Of a stretch of 64,000 nt of DNA, positions 13,400 to 27,258 are shown one piece after another (the first letter of the stretch is position 1; the number at the start of each line of letters is the position of its first letter). The stretch is from Kudoa neothunni (Eukaryota; Animalia; Cnidaria): contig OZ199838.1 in assembly GCA_964304625.1 (NCBI GenBank), positions 12,006,524-12,070,523 of the forward strand. Reading direction: 5' to 3'. The notes below the pieces were generated by a model, which was not told where the DNA came from, searched no databases, and saw nothing but the letters and a program-made list of their open reading frames with translations. A program made the translations under genes and the position numbers.

Positions 13400-15720
13400 T
13401 TTTGGGTTGATCACCCAATGCACTTTACTCTTCAATTTTGTTGAAAAATTGTGCTAATAGAGTCAATAAATAAACTTTTGAACTAACGGTGATAGTAAAT
13501 TCAACTATTCTGTCTATATTCCACAATTTTTATTCTTATTAATACACGCTTGTATTTTACTGCTGCTAACGATCCTATTTGAGAATTTAGCATCGATTAT
13601 GCATGAATTTTGTATGAAAAAATTCAAGCAAACATTGATGGCTTCTTTAAGCAAATTTTAGAATACTTTCCTATTTTAAATGTAAAATTATGTATCGTTG
13701 TTACGGTTGAGAACATAAAGTAAGGGAATTTTTAAGAATTGTCTCTTCAAATATCCATTTTTTACCTGTAAACTCTGTGTAATACAAATATTTCGAAATT
13801 ATTTAGCACAAAATAATACGAAATTAAATCATCAAAATGTTAACAAATATTAGAGTTATCATTCCCACCGAGAGTGGAAGCAATCGGACGACCTAAAGAA
13901 TCAAGACTAACACTCATTGCTTTTTCTAGAAAAAACCCATGAACAAATAATATGCTATCTATTTAAAATACTAACTGTTTATTTAAAAAAAGTTTTATTT
14001 GAACACAAAAATTGTATCACAATCGGTCTAATACAATTTTTCTAACTCATGCGCTTAAGAATTTCCATAAACTAATAATTTACTTCCTTGCTATTTTAAA
14101 CTTTTAAATTGTACAAATATACCGCCCATTTAAAATAAGTGAGCAGTTTCCACAAACTTATAAACGTTTCATGGCGCACGTTCATATTAATAGAAGTCAA
14201 AATTGTTTATTTCATTTGGGTATTATCCTTATTAACTAATTTTACGAAAACAATTTGCATATTAATTTTATTAACCCTCGCGGGACGGTGTGGGGTTCAT
14301 GCGGACCCCAATTTTTGTATTTTTGTGTTTTTTCTTCGCTTTATAAATGAAAAAATGTTCTAATCCCATGAATTCCAAAAGAAGGTATCAAGTTTTTTTA
14401 TGTTGCTTTTAAAGTTTTTTTATATTTAAAATTAATCGAAATAAACTTATTTCATTTGTGCATGATTTGGATAAAGGGGTTATTCAGTTAGCTTTTTAAT
14501 TGAGATTAATATATAAAATAAAATAATTAATGAAACTTCATTAAACATGTGCTTTAATTATATTTTAAATCAAAATGCTTGTATTTCTATCATTTTATAT
14601 CATCGTCCGACAAGTACCGATATATATACATAGATTATTGAAGGATTGGAGGCTTAAATTAAAATCCAAGTTGTTTGTGTACAATATAAGTAAATTATTA
14701 GTTATTGTTTTTTTTATTAATAAATGTTGCGGTGACCAATATTTACTGCATATAATAATTTCAATTCTGAAATATTCACCACCGTTTATGATTTTATTTA
14801 TTATATTTTTTAATTTTAAAATCACATAGAAATAAAAATGTCTTCTAAGTGAAAAAATACCCAGATAAAATAAATGTACTATGTAGATACGGATATTAAT
14901 TTTCGAGGACTTTACATGCATCGATGATTAATTTAAGCTTACAAGTTTAGATTTAAGTTTTTTATTTTATAGCGAATAAGTAATTCTGTCATTGGTATGT
15001 AAAATAAAATCAATGCAATATTCTATTATGTGATTTCTGTGTTTATTAACAAATAACAATTTTGTTATAATTATAATCCTCCACGCTATAAGAAGATTAA
15101 CGAGAGTTACTCGGAAAACGCGGCTTGACGTGGCTAGGTGGTCCTTTGAATATTCTTGAATACAAACAATGCTACTGAATGTCTTAATCATTGTCATTGA
15201 AAAGCTATTTATACTGCCTATCGGTACCGTGCGAGAGTGTCACGGTAGTTTTGTGAAGCTTTGCCTTCAATAGAAAATTCTGCTTATTTACCCATTTTTT
15301 ACAAAAATATATAGGCAATTTTAACCAAATAATAATTGTTTCCGTATCTTTATAATATATTAATCACATAAAATGGTAGTTATTATAAAAATTGCGCTTA
15401 CATAATGAAATAACCGCTGGGGTCCGCGCGGACCCCACACCGAAACACATACGTACATTTTCCGAACACCGTCCTGTAAGGGTTAAGCATTAAAAAGGCG
15501 AACTAAAACTATTTTTTAACACAAAACTCCTTACAATAATGTCGTATTTTTCAATGATATATTTTTCTTTAAAATTGTTGATTATGTTAGACCAAAAATC
15601 ATTATTACAAATATAAATTTCAAATTTTATGTGAGTTTGTAGATTTGGAGTTATTCTCTCCCGTAGCAATAGACAACCCGCATAAGCGGATTGTATGGAT
15701 CCGTAGCAATAGCCACTGCC
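13400..15720 (+). mobile_element. Mutator-like (MULE) 3' remnant
   Basis: About 13860-13942 translates PPRVEAIGRPKESRLTLIAFSRK, similar to the C-terminus PKKVKEVGRPRGYGLTALKWSRK of the 52.7-56.1 kb MULE. Terminus CAATAGCCACTGCC at 15707-15720 is identical to that element's TIR end. The left end was not found. Confidence 0.6.
14275..15482. mobile_element. Non-autonomous piggyBac element (about 1.2 kb)
   Basis: TTAA on both sides (14271-14274, 15483-15486). TIR CCCTCGCGGGACGGTGT versus CCCTTACAGGACGGTGT (reverse complement). Subterminal palindromes at 14291-14310 and a perfect TGGGGTCCGCGCGGACCCCA at 15418-15437. No transposase. Confidence 0.88.
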
Positions 15721-17843
15721 TATTTTTAATGATTACACCACAAATAGGCGTAATTTTTTGAAGCAGATGGTCGAAGAACTTTACAATCCCTTATTGACAA
15801 AAAATTCGCCCGAAAATAAAGTCATCAAGAAAACATCTAAGAAAATCTTCTCTTCCTAAAAGAATCCACTTATGATCTCCAAACTGTCTAGATGTAAGTA
15901 CTGTGAGCGAACTAAAGATAAAAAAACAAATAAATGATGCCAGAGATGCTACAGATATTGTTTGGCATGTGAAAAAGTAATAATAAAAGCAAGTTTCACA
16001 GCAAAATAACATTAATATTTGAAATTATTATAATATTGAATCAGATTATTTAGATATTTATCCCATATAAAATTTAGAATAGTAATATAATTTTATAGGA
16101 TTAATTTGATATTTTCTTTTTAAATGGATATTTATTGGAATTGTATGCATTTCGTTGATAAAAATATTTCAAGTTGCATTTAGTAGACCCTGTTTGTTGA
16201 ATATTATATAGTTACTACGTACTTTTTAATTACATCGTTAATAATAGCCCTATTTAATATCATAAAACGTAATCACGTGATTGTGGCCTCACTTTTCTCG
16301 AGAAAGAGATATTTGGCAATAGAGAAGTGATAAGACGTCTTTTACAAACACGTTTTTCACATCTACTATATTTATTTGAATTAGATTTGTGGGCATTTAC
16401 ATAAAAAACAATTATACATGAATTTATCCCTCTTATCTGTGTTTTTAATCTTCTATTAAAAACTAAATATTATTTTAAAATAAATAAGTTAATGTAATAT
16501 GATAGATTTATATAAACTTTTAAAAGTGTATCAATGTACAAATTTTTAAGCTAATTATGCTCATAAAATAAAAATATTTTTCTATATAAAATCTACGTTA
16601 TATTTTAGTGTTGTGTTCAGTATATAAGCAAACGAGAGTGTTATTAAATTAATAATGAACTGCAAACTAAATATATATAACTCAAAGTTAAATAATAAAT
16701 TATGAAAATGACTTAAATTTTGAATTTGAAACTAAGTCATTACAGCTACTTCTGGGCATATTTATGTGAATGCTTAATGTTTATCACATAATATATTAAA
16801 TGACAGTTATGTTTTATAAAATAATATTTATATGAAACTTTTACGCAATGGTATATTGGATATTTTCGATAAATACGTTAATATCAAAAAATAGCTAATT
16901 ATAGTAAATTCATGCTGATACAATTGCCTGGAGATTTTATTGAAATCTTATCACCGGCCTAAATTTAAGATATGCTGCTATAACCAATCATGAAAGTCCC
17001 CTTTAATTATAGTGTGTACGCATTTTTTCATTTTCGTGTTCACTTTTAAGGAATAGAACTATTCTATTTGCAAAGTTTTTTTAATTAAACCTAAACTTTG
17101 ATAAAAACCGTTAGCTATACTACAGCAAAGCACACTTAAGTTGAGTTTGTTTAAGTTAAAATACAGTTCAACAATAATTATTCCAAGACTTCATAATAAT
17201 TTATTTCAGTAATAAACTCATTGAACTCCGTAGTAAATATTTTTTGAGCGAGATTGTTCACGTGGGAATATTTTTAAAAAAATTATTTATTCGAATTATC
17301 GTTTAGTATTGGTTGAATTTAATCCGGATTTATTAACCATATTCTAACAAAATTTTCCCTGATATGCCACCATTTTTGGTTTTTCAAGAAAAGAAAAATT
17401 TCTTTTTCTTGTATGTATAAATCGGAAGATTGACATAGTCCTAAAGAGGATGAACTTTATAAACATAACAGGTTCCAAAGTTCGAACGTAACTTAATCGG
17501 AAGAAAAATCAATCCGGATTAAATATATTTGATGAAAACAAAAGGTGGGATTAAAATTAAAGTCTGAATCGTTTCAATGCTAGAACTTAAGCAAACGCTC
17601 AAAATAACAATTCACAGTACATACAATCGTGATGCATTTCGTCAATAAGCTCATTTTGTAAAAAATGACTTGAACTAAGTAACTGATGAGTTTTCTACAA
17701 ATACTCATAATTTACGGTTATATGCGACACATTACGCAAATGCAACGATTGTATGGAATTTATTAGCCGCTAATAAAAGTAGGCGATTCAACAAAAAATT
17801 ATTAATAAAAACTCTACAACATTACATTTAAATAATCAATGGA

Positions 17844-18258
17844 TTACTCCTTCCAACGATGTCCACATTCACAACACTTGTAGAATGTTGTCATGGGCTC
17901 GTCAGCTGAGCGTGTTTGAATCTGCATGAAATACGCTCTATTGTGTTCGCAGTTAGGGCATTTTTCTAAATATTTTTATTGGTAAATAGAACACATCCAT
18001 ATTCTATACCTTCAGTAGAATCAACATTCTTCCAAGCATCTGCTCCACCAAGCACATCATCTATTTGTTTTAATTTGGGGTATCTTTTATTTCCAATCTA
18101 AAACATCATTCGATTAGATTATCGTAATTGAGTATGGATACTTTGTGTTTGATGGGATGATTGTAGTTACATGTGTGGCAGGTGAAATAATAGATATTAT
18201 CCAAACTGGTCTCTTCTACAACCAATATATTTGAACAATTAGGGCAGAACAACAACAT
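17844..18258 (-). CDS. POLR3K: DNA-directed RNA polymerase III subunit RPC10 (C11), 108 aa, 3 exons (18258-18142, 18097-18010, 17965-17844)
   Basis: Spliced translation [12 protein letters not shown]...[64 protein letters not shown]. Two zinc ribbons and the TFIIS-like QTRSADEP motif. Two 44-nt GT-AG introns. Missed by the ORF track. Confidence 0.96.
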
Positions 18259-19074
18259 CTTTGTATTTCACTAATTTTTGGAACTAAAGTAAGGGGAACA
18301 GAGGCGGAACAGAACTAGTAAAACTCCGGTTGCGCGCGCAATTACGTATTTGAATGTTTTCTGTCTTTGTTTTTATTTGAATTGTTTATTTTTATGGGAT
18401 GAAATATCATTTTATGAGCTATGTAAATTTGGTTCGTATTCTTATAATAAAATGACTATAGATTTGTGGGTTTTTTAACATGCTTAAAAGGGCAACTTAT
18501 TTTTTCACTTGGAATAAGTTTAAAAAATAATGGGTTTCAATTTTTCGTTTAATAAATATAATAGTTAACTTATTTTACGGGATTACCTGAGATCGTGGCA
18601 AGAGAACGAAAAATCTATAACGTCCAATTTTACACATTTATTTGCGCGCGAATATAACAATATACATAGCTATTTAATATAATTGAATTACTTTAATTGA
18701 AGACATAAAGTATCTTACTTAAAATGAAAGTAATTAGTTATTTTGACCCAGGAAAAATTTGTCGAAATAATAAGAAATATTTTTCTCCGGTATCACAAGA
18801 ATAATTCTTTTTTTAAATATTAAACAATTTTGAATTAAACTTAATAGATTAAAGAAGTATGAACAGTAAATTGTGCTTTTCAGTCATTTTAAAAATTTTA
18901 ATTTCGTTGTAAAACTCGTTAATGCCTAATGTTCATTTAAAATTTAAATAAACAAGTAAAAAGTTGCGCCATCATGACACTCTATTTTGAACATTTTCCC
19001 TAACGCACTTTAAAAACGTTATCGCGATTTTAATCTATTACGAAAAATTTAATATAATTTTAATGAATTTCCAA

Positions 19075-20075
19075 ACTAGAATATTCATCCAAAAATTTGA
19101 AGGAGAGGCTATTTTACAGAATATGTGACGGAGTTCGGCATTTTCCGTAAACTGTCGAATAATTGCTTGGGATGGAAAGTTTTGGGAAATTATTCGCCTT
19201 AGAGGATATCGACGATATAGCAGTTTTTGATTTTGCATATTTTCTTGAAGATAATGCATATATAATTAAGGTTTTGCAGAATCTTGGACTCCTACAAAAC
19301 TACATGAAATGTTCGTGTAGCACAGTAATGAAGATATCAACAAGAAAGGACATCGATGAGGGCCACCAATTTAGATGTATAGATTGAAGAAAACGATGCT
19401 CAGTAAGAAAAAAATAATATTTTCCAATTATCCAAACGTCCTCTGTGGAAAAGTTTCCTTTTTATGGTTTACGTCATTCATAATCCAACGGTTATTTACG
19501 AAATACTACAGTTTTATTTCAAAATAAAGTCGTATACTACCATTTTTGAATGTAAGAGTATTCTTCAGGATTTAATGGCTTCACAACTTGATGAAGAATC
19601 CGAAAAAATCAGGGGAGTAGGAGTTGTTGTACAGATCGATATAACTGTTAATTCAAAAAGAAAATACAATGTAGTTAGATTTTTGAAGAACCAACAATAT
19701 TGGATGACAGGGGGGATAGATGAAGATGAAAACTGCTTCTTAAAAATTTCTCGCCTTAGAAATCAGTGTTCTCGAGGGAATAATCACCGAAAATGTTGAA
19801 GACGGTTCCACGATATGGACAGCTGGTTGGGCTGGGTATAATCTACTGACAGATTTAGGATTTGTTCATGGGGAAGTGATCCATAAGGGAGATTTGTCTC
19901 GAACGAAGGCGTCCATATTAATCGAATCGAAGCTACGTGGTGAACCTTCAAATGCAAATACAGAAACGCGACCAACAAATGTTCGGAAAGCTTTCCCGGA
20001 TATATATCCGATTCTTTGTTTAGGCGTAAATATAAAAATAAAGAATTGAGCACGCTGTGTAAATATATAATGGAT
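19075..20075 (+). mobile_element. Merlin (IS1016/ISXO2-like) DDE transposase pseudogene
   Basis: Zn ribbon (MKCSC...FRC), VVQID...KRKYN...YWMTGGID, and downstream VHINRIEATW. Contains stops and frameshifts. Confidence 0.85.
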
Positions 20076-20699
20076 TTATATTCAATTTATTATTGTGTCC
20101 GATTTTCCCCTAAAAGTTATGTTTTCGTACCGAAATTAGTCATATATACTATAAAATAGCCCATTGATAATTACCAACAATTACGATTTTTGTAATTTAA
20201 AGTTATTCATATTATACTTTGGAATTGAAATATTTCGTAAGAAATTTTCAGAAACTTACTTCTATGCGTTGGTGATACTTGGATCACAAAAAATTTGATG
20301 TAATCTGAAATATAAATGTAATTTTTTTAACTAACTTTATTATACTGATATTTATAGCTTAGGCTTCTATTGGAGTATAATATGTTATGTTTAAAATAAA
20401 TATGAAATAATTCTATCATAGTCATTGTTTATATATTTCATGTTTACTTAATGAGTATTATTAAATTTTCATAACTTCAGTTAAAATTAGAGTGTATTAA
20501 GTATAAAGCCTATTGTTTCAATCGTAGCTTACAATAATATCCCAATCACAAAATTTTTATATTTAAAAAATCTATTTAATTCCTTATTAAGTTTTATTAA
20601 TTGGAAGCCTTTTTAAACGAATCCATATACTTACATTTTTTATTGTACCAAAAATGTTAGAAAAGCTACCAACAGGTATTTAAATTCTCAAAGAAAACC

Positions 20700-20780
20700 C
20701 TTAGTCAACAATACGGCCCTCCAAGCTTCGGTAATGAGCCAATGTGGCCCGCACCCCTAAATGTTGTGCTCATCGCTGCT
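20700..20780. mobile_element. Probable hAT (Charlie-like) terminal fragment
   Basis: GC-rich CGGCCCTC...GTGGCCCGC...CATCGCTG followed by CTTTAG resembles hAT MITE right ends. No partner end found. Confidence 0.3.
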
Positions 20781-21779
20781 TTAGTAGATGAGTAGTAATT
20801 AAAAATCCTCATTTAATTTCTTTAGCGTCTTCGTTCTAGCTTTATTGAACAAAAGTGAATATCGACTAATTAATATGCAAGATTCTGAATGTAATGCGTA
20901 AGAATCGATAAGATACATGTTTCATGGTTTCATTGATTCCTATGCATCTACTAGTTTTAAATTCTTAATTATTTAAACATATTAATTGAATTGATTAACT
21001 CTAATTTTTAATCGGTTTGAGTTTAATTGATTTTATATTAGAAATTTAAAATGGTGGGGCAATAGTCACCGTTTGTTAGATATTTTCTAGCGACATCAAA
21101 ATATTTTACAAAATTATGTACTTATCTTCAAATGATGCTTAGTAAGTAAAAAAATTTAAAACTCGTCAAATGAACACCTTTATAGCATCTACACAACCTG
21201 AATATGATCAAATAATAAACTATGAATTTTATGCTTGAAAAGAGTTGTAATGCTAAATTACAACCAAAAATCTAACCAACTTCACGATTTTTTTAACTAT
21301 ACAGGAGACAATGGATGGTTCGTAAACCCATTGGAGCCTAAAAACTAAAGTGCGGTAGGTAACCAATTTCACGCACTATTAAAAACCCAATTTAGTTAGA
21401 ATCTTGAGAGGTTATTGTTTATGAAATGTGTTTCTTATAATATTTCAATCAAAAAATTTTTTAATTATTTTAAAAAGTTGCTAAATAATGTAACTAAAAG
21501 TCACGTGATTGGTCGATTAGCGCATTTTGTTCGGATACTTCTTGTACATTATTTAGTTAAGTCAATATTTAATTCAAAAAACTCCTATAACTATACCTCT
21601 TGACAAAAAGTACAATATTACTTATTATGAAAATCTACAATCTAATGGCCCAAAAACTGTCACTGTATCACTTTTTTAAAATACCTATTATCTCGACCCC
21701 TATTGGCATCCTAGAGATGAAAAATGAAATAATCAGAACCTATAACGTTTTTAGAATCTAAAAATATAAATTATTTGCA

Positions 21780-22050
21780 TGCAAGACAATTCCATTCTGT
21801 TAATGAAGATGTATATGGGTGGATTGGGTGGACACGAAGCAAAAAGATTGTAGTGAGCGTTGTCACGATAATCGTCAAGAGAAATTAATTGGCCAAAAAA
21901 AGGTTTACCTTCATGTGCAATTCGTGGAGGGTTTCGTTGTTTTAAAAAAAGGTCTAACATTGAAAAATCAAATTTTATTAATTAATCTGTTGATGCTACT
22001 CCTGAAACTACTTCAGAGTGGATCAATCAAATCAGGACATTATTTAAAAG
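21780..22050 (+). mobile_element. Probable Merlin transposase N-terminal remnant
   Basis: Fragmentary CAIRGG...LTLKNQILLI...ETTSEWINQIR resembles the Merlin SIR.GS.F...L....ILL...T..DW.N..R pattern. Heavily decayed. Confidence 0.4.
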
Positions 22051-23763
22051 ATAGTCTGTAAATTTTATTTACAACGTATACGAAACTGCCTTATTCCACC
22101 GATAGCAACAAGGGGAGTATTTCATAGGTAGTTAAAAAATATTTTTGCATTGTTAACGCGTTTCTCGAATTTTAATTATCTTTTTTAAAATTAATATATA
22201 GTTAATTAGCCTTTATAAACCCAATTTAACCATTATTAAATGCCATTTTTTTGAACGATTGCGCACGCCTGCGAGTGAAATTGGACGTACTTTTTTGTTG
22301 GTCCCGAGGGGATTACGTGAAATTGATTCCTTAATGTGTACCAGCGCTTCCCGATTCATTTTAATTCCCGCATCCCCAAATATTATATGAGGACAATTCT
22401 GCACCCATCCCCCGAAAAGAGATTTAAAAATGGATTTATTTTTATGCGGAAGAAATATTTTTACTAAACTTACATTAAACAGAAAAATTCCGTAGACTTT
22501 AAAAAACAGGCGCGAACATATAAATACAAATGATAATAAATTAAATGTTTTCACTTTGTTTCCGGCCCTTTTGAGCAGTAACTAAGTTTCAAAAAGGCTA
22601 TTTATCAGTTAAAGATATACTTAAATCATAATTTATGGATTTTGTAGTTTTTTCGTTTATTTTAAATTTAAAAATTAAATGAGAAAAATAAAAATGTGTC
22701 CCGATCTCGAATGAAAAGTTTTAATTTATATAATTTTTGGATGTAAATTGATTCTAATTTGAAGTATTAAAATTTAAAATAAGTTATCAACATGAATGAA
22801 TAATTTAATCTTGACGCTAATTAAGGTTTTATCATTACCTGCCTTAAAATTTACTTAAAAAAATAAATAATAAAATTTTTAATAATTCGGCTCATTTTGG
22901 AACACCTAACGAATCATTTATCTTTTCTATTAAAACTTAAATAATTCATAATTTTCTATGTTGGGATATTTGAGATTTTAACTAAATAATTTATTGAGGA
23001 ATAAAAATGAAATAAAATGAATTTTCAGTAAAATTCATCAAATAACTATTTGTTATCAGATTTATTTCAGCTTTGATCTCATACGAGTCGCACATGATAT
23101 ATTTTCGAGAGAGATTCTGATTACTTACAATTGGTATAATATGTACAAAGCATGCACGGCTGTAAAATTTTGTCTTTGACTCAAAATGTAAGTCTCGGGA
23201 AGTCCTGCTGCTTACTAAATCTCGCTACAGAAATCAGTTTCCTGTTTTGCATTCAAATACATATTCATTATTTTTTTATACTTTATAACTGCATTTCGAA
23301 AAAAAGTTTAATTCGGCGCTCAAAGCTTATGAAAATCAAGAATTTGTCCCGCAAATTAAAAACTTTGATGATCCCTGACAAATATAATCAAAACACGCGC
23401 GCGTTACCAAAAATCGATTAACCGAAACTTTGGCATTCGAATAATAAATTATAGGTTAAAAATTATTGGATAATTGGGTTTCGACCGTGTATATATTCTA
23501 AACTATGAATCTTTTTTTTCTCATTAATTCTTGTTATTTTCCGAAGAGGAGTGTTTTTTTATGATTTAATTTTTAAGTGGACTAAGCGGTGATCTTGCTG
23601 ATAATTTAATTAACCTATAATCTTTAATATTTTGATAGGTGCGTTGATACGAAAAAATGGATAATTATTTAAAAAAGAATCGTAATTCATTATAACAAAA
23701 TCTGATGTAGTTTGGTGGAGAATAATGATAATATATTTGGATAAGTGGTTTCCATAGCCAAGA

Positions 23764-24426
23764 TTACGGAAGGTCATCGAAGGTCTTTTTCTTCGCAATA
23801 CCTTTAGGTCTTTCAGGTTCAGCCGCGAAAGAGTTGAATTTAAGCACCCTTATAACGAAAGTTAAAATTTTGGAATCACATGTGGAATATGTATATAAAA
23901 GGAGTTACAGTCTCAAAACATGGCCAGTTTTGCCCAGCATCATACGAACAAAATCACTGTATTCTATTCGTTCTTTTCCTGGAGCAATATCGTTCATAAT
24001 CTTAACCAATTCTAGATGGGTTTTAGCTTGGCCGACCTTCTCGAATACTCTTTTAAGGTCAATCATTGCTACAAGATGTTATGCGGTCAACAAGAATATA
24101 ATATTACTCAATGATCCGGTGCAATGCTCATCAATCTCGATAAATTTTTCTACAAACGATAATTAAAACTATACTAAATTGAAGCTCATTACGAGCAGCT
24201 TCTTTTAGTTGATTCTCCAGAGTTCCCTTCATTATCTTCGTAGACTCCGCTCTGTAAAATGTCCTACAGTTCGAACCAAATTATTTAATAACTCCACATT
24301 TTTACTGAATATAACTTGATTTTGTTTCTCTAGTTCACTTTCAAAAACAGTCTTTTTATGAGCTCTCTCTGTAGACAAAGTCAATCCAATCAAAATACAT
24401 CTAAATTAGAATTTCAACATACCCAT
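23764..24426 (-). CDS. AIF1: Allograft inflammatory factor 1 (AIF1/Iba1)-like EF-hand protein, about 6 exons, with an apparent 1-nt frameshift at 24225-24227
   Basis: Spliced translation MERAHKKTVFESELEKQNQ|DILQSGVYEDNE/GTLENQLKEAAQKFIEIDEHCTGSLTMIDLKRVFEKVGQAKTHLELVKIMNDIAPGKERIEYSDFVRMMLGKTGHVLRLVLKFNSFAAEPERPKGIAKKKTFDDLP. KTHLEL, DF.RMMLGK and the terminal LP are AIF1 hallmarks. GT-AG introns. Confidence 0.88.
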
Positions 24427-25902
24427 AATGATCCAAATCAGTACGAAGTATTGAAATCGATGATATCAGATATCTACTAAGAGTCTCAGATTATCGCTAA
24501 ATCTCGATATCAACGCCCTTTGTTATACCTTAAATTATATCATAATCGTCCGTTGTTATATGGAATATATAATAAATTTCAATAAATTATGTCTTTTATA
24601 GAATATAATAATTTAAGAATTTAATTTCGTTGTAAGAACATTATACAATCAATCGTATTATTAATAGATGAACTTTTAGTAAGCTCATCCAATGTTGATT
24701 ATATGCAAACTTTTAAAGGCACTAAGAGGTAAGCTGCACACATTTATGCTTGTGAAATCGTCCATTCTTAGAATAGACCGACTTCATAACGTCTATTATT
24801 CACGTAGAGAATTTTTAGGTTGAATGGTGAATTCCAATTATAACAGTTTATTACTATAAAATTAATTAATTTAATAAAGGTTACGAATTGAGTGATTCAT
24901 TTCGAACTCATTTTACTCATTCTCATCTATACTTCAACCTTTGAAATATTCCTCATAAAGCTACTTTATGTCACGCTATGATATACTATTTAGATATTAG
25001 CTATATTTAGCTTCTATAATCTTTCGAATGAAAAGTAAAAATTCGAGCTCAATTCAATATCATTAAAATTCTAATCATCAAATTAATATTAAAATAATAT
25101 AGTAATAAACACTATAAAGATGATTTAAGCTGATAAATCAATTTTTTGTTTACTTGATTATTAATGAATCTAATTCAATATAAAATATATTACATCATAG
25201 GTGATTTTGTCTATTGGGTGTAAGGTGTTAAGTCAATCTCGATTTGAAGAGTATTTATTAAGTAGCATTATGATATTACATGAGAAGATAATACTTTATC
25301 GATTTTGATTAGTTCATTAAAAACATTGCTATAAGACAGCACGATTTTTTTCCTGTAATAAAATGACAAAGTTTGACCCGATACGCTCATATTTTTCAGT
25401 TTATACGAGGATAATGTAAAATCTTTAAAAAATAAGGCTTTTAATACACCATTTTTACGCCTTTATAAAGTCATATATGTTTATTCACACAGAATTCTTA
25501 GGATAAACAGTATTAATTGATGTCGGATATCCCAGAGTTAATCATTTTTCATCTGAATCTATCCGATTACTCACACATACAAGCGAATAAAGCACATTTT
25601 AAATGTCAAGTGTTGGCTTGCTTAGTCAAGGGATAATTCGACTTATTTGCACAAAACCGCAACAATTTTTTTAAATAAAATAATATACCATTATAGGCCA
25701 ATAAAATTAGATTTTATATAATTTGATCTGCGATAAAATTTTAAATGATATGGTTGATAATCCGATACGAGTAAGACAGTTGTATCCGATTTAAAATCTA
25801 TGATTGTCAGATTCTTAGTGCGCGAGCATACGAGTAATATTTTGCAAATTATAGTTTCAGTTATTTGAGACAAGGAATAATTGTAATGTTAGAACACGTT
25901 TA

Positions 25903-25965
25903 ACCCTATAAGAACTCAAAATTTTACATACACTAAGTCATTTTGGGATATAAATACACCCCATA
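25903..25965. mobile_element. piggyBac-like terminal fragment
   Basis: TTAA-CCCTATAAGAACTC followed by a degenerate TGGGAT...ACCCCA palindrome. Similar to the end at 61256. Confidence 0.5.
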
Positions 25966-26676
25966 TTTTTTTTGATAAAACTAATAATAAAAAAATTATT
26001 AATTTGAGAAAATTTTAGATCATCCTATCGAATAAATCTGGGTAATTAGCCACAAACTGTTTTAATTGTCATTCGCGTACGCGCAATAAATTTAAGATGT
26101 CTATTTTGGAACATACTTTGAATATTTATTAAATTTACCTCCCCCCTTATTTTTTCCTCAAACTATGCTTAAGTTACAGATAAATAATCATAGCGCCCAT
26201 ATATCAAAAACACATGTAAAATACTCCTAAACAACAAGAAAATAGAATGAATGTTAGTGTTAATGATTCAAACATATCGTACAAATACATTTTGAGTGGA
26301 GCTTACAACAAGGAGAAGAACAGATGTTACATCTTGTTGTTGTTTTTCTGTCCTTTTTTCTTATAAAAAATCGATATCTGGAATAATTGTTGTTGATTGA
26401 TGAATCTATGGATGTATTTAACGGGTTAACTGGTATCATGTTTTGATTTATCCTTGAAACTAATCGACTAACTAAATGTTCAGCACCATTTTTAGGAAAT
26501 TCCTCCCCAAAAGATTTCGCGAATTAAATACGTTTTTGTAAATAAAAAAGGTGTTGATAAATGAAATGCCCAACATATTAAAGAAAACGACGAGTGACCA
26601 GCGACGTGTGATTCATTTCACAATCACCGGTGTTAACAATCTTGAAATCGTATCAACTCCACCTTTTATAGCGTTA

Positions 26677-27068
26677 TCTTGTCTAAATATACAAAGTCGT
26701 AGTGTCCGTGTGTCTGTCAGTGTGTGTGCTCAAATCTTCTCCTTATACAGAGAGTTATTCTAATTAATGGTTCTTCAATATACTTTAAAAAATACAAAAT
26801 TAACTATAAAAATACAATGATATTGTCAGGTTGCCTATAAAGTGGTGAATTCGTAGTGTAAACTTTTTGTAAACAGATTAGCGCTGACAATAATAAGATT
26901 ATTCCATCATGTAACTTTAAATACGATAAAGTGGTAGGTGTAGATAACTTTTATTTTCCGCTGCTGCTTCGACTATACAATTGTGATACTATGTTTATTA
27001 TCTGAGCATAGTTAAGACTTTCTATTGAGTTTTCGCTTGCGTAGGCCGGGACGGTCGGGTAAACACTC
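26677..27068 (+). mobile_element. Possible non-autonomous Helitron
   Basis: 5' A|TC start followed by TAAATATACAAAG...GTGTCCGTGTGTCTGTC, and a GC-rich 3' hairpin-like GGCCGGGACGGTCGGG. The terminal CTAG is degenerate. Similar 3'-like motifs near 32455 and 52325. Confidence 0.4.
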
Positions 27069-27258
27069 ACGTGTAATTCGAACGGGGTATTAATTCTCGG
27101 GGGAAAATTACTTACATTGCACTTTTAGTTTTTGCAAAAAAGATGTGTATTATTCTTTGTATTGATTTAAATTGGAGAGAACACACATTCTCTAAGTGCG
27201 ACATTGTTAATAACTCTTAGATTAGTTTGTTCATCGACGGGTTGGCCAATGCGAATAA

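Larger units (their letters stand above)
12257..16000 (+). mobile_element. Decayed piggyBac element interrupted by younger insertions
   Basis: Degenerate left end TTGA-CCTT with palindrome TGGGGCCATAAAGACCCCA (12271-12289). YMDN-like motif near 12920. C-terminal fragment NRRNFLKQMVEEL...SRCKYCERTKDKKTNK*CQRC at about 15743-15975. Joining the pieces into one element is inference. Confidence 0.5.

Noticed and set aside
24215-24235. Programmed ribosomal frameshift in the AIF1-like gene
   Set aside because: GGGAAC is not a full X-XXY-YYZ slippery site and the needed shift is +1; an error or a mutation is simpler.
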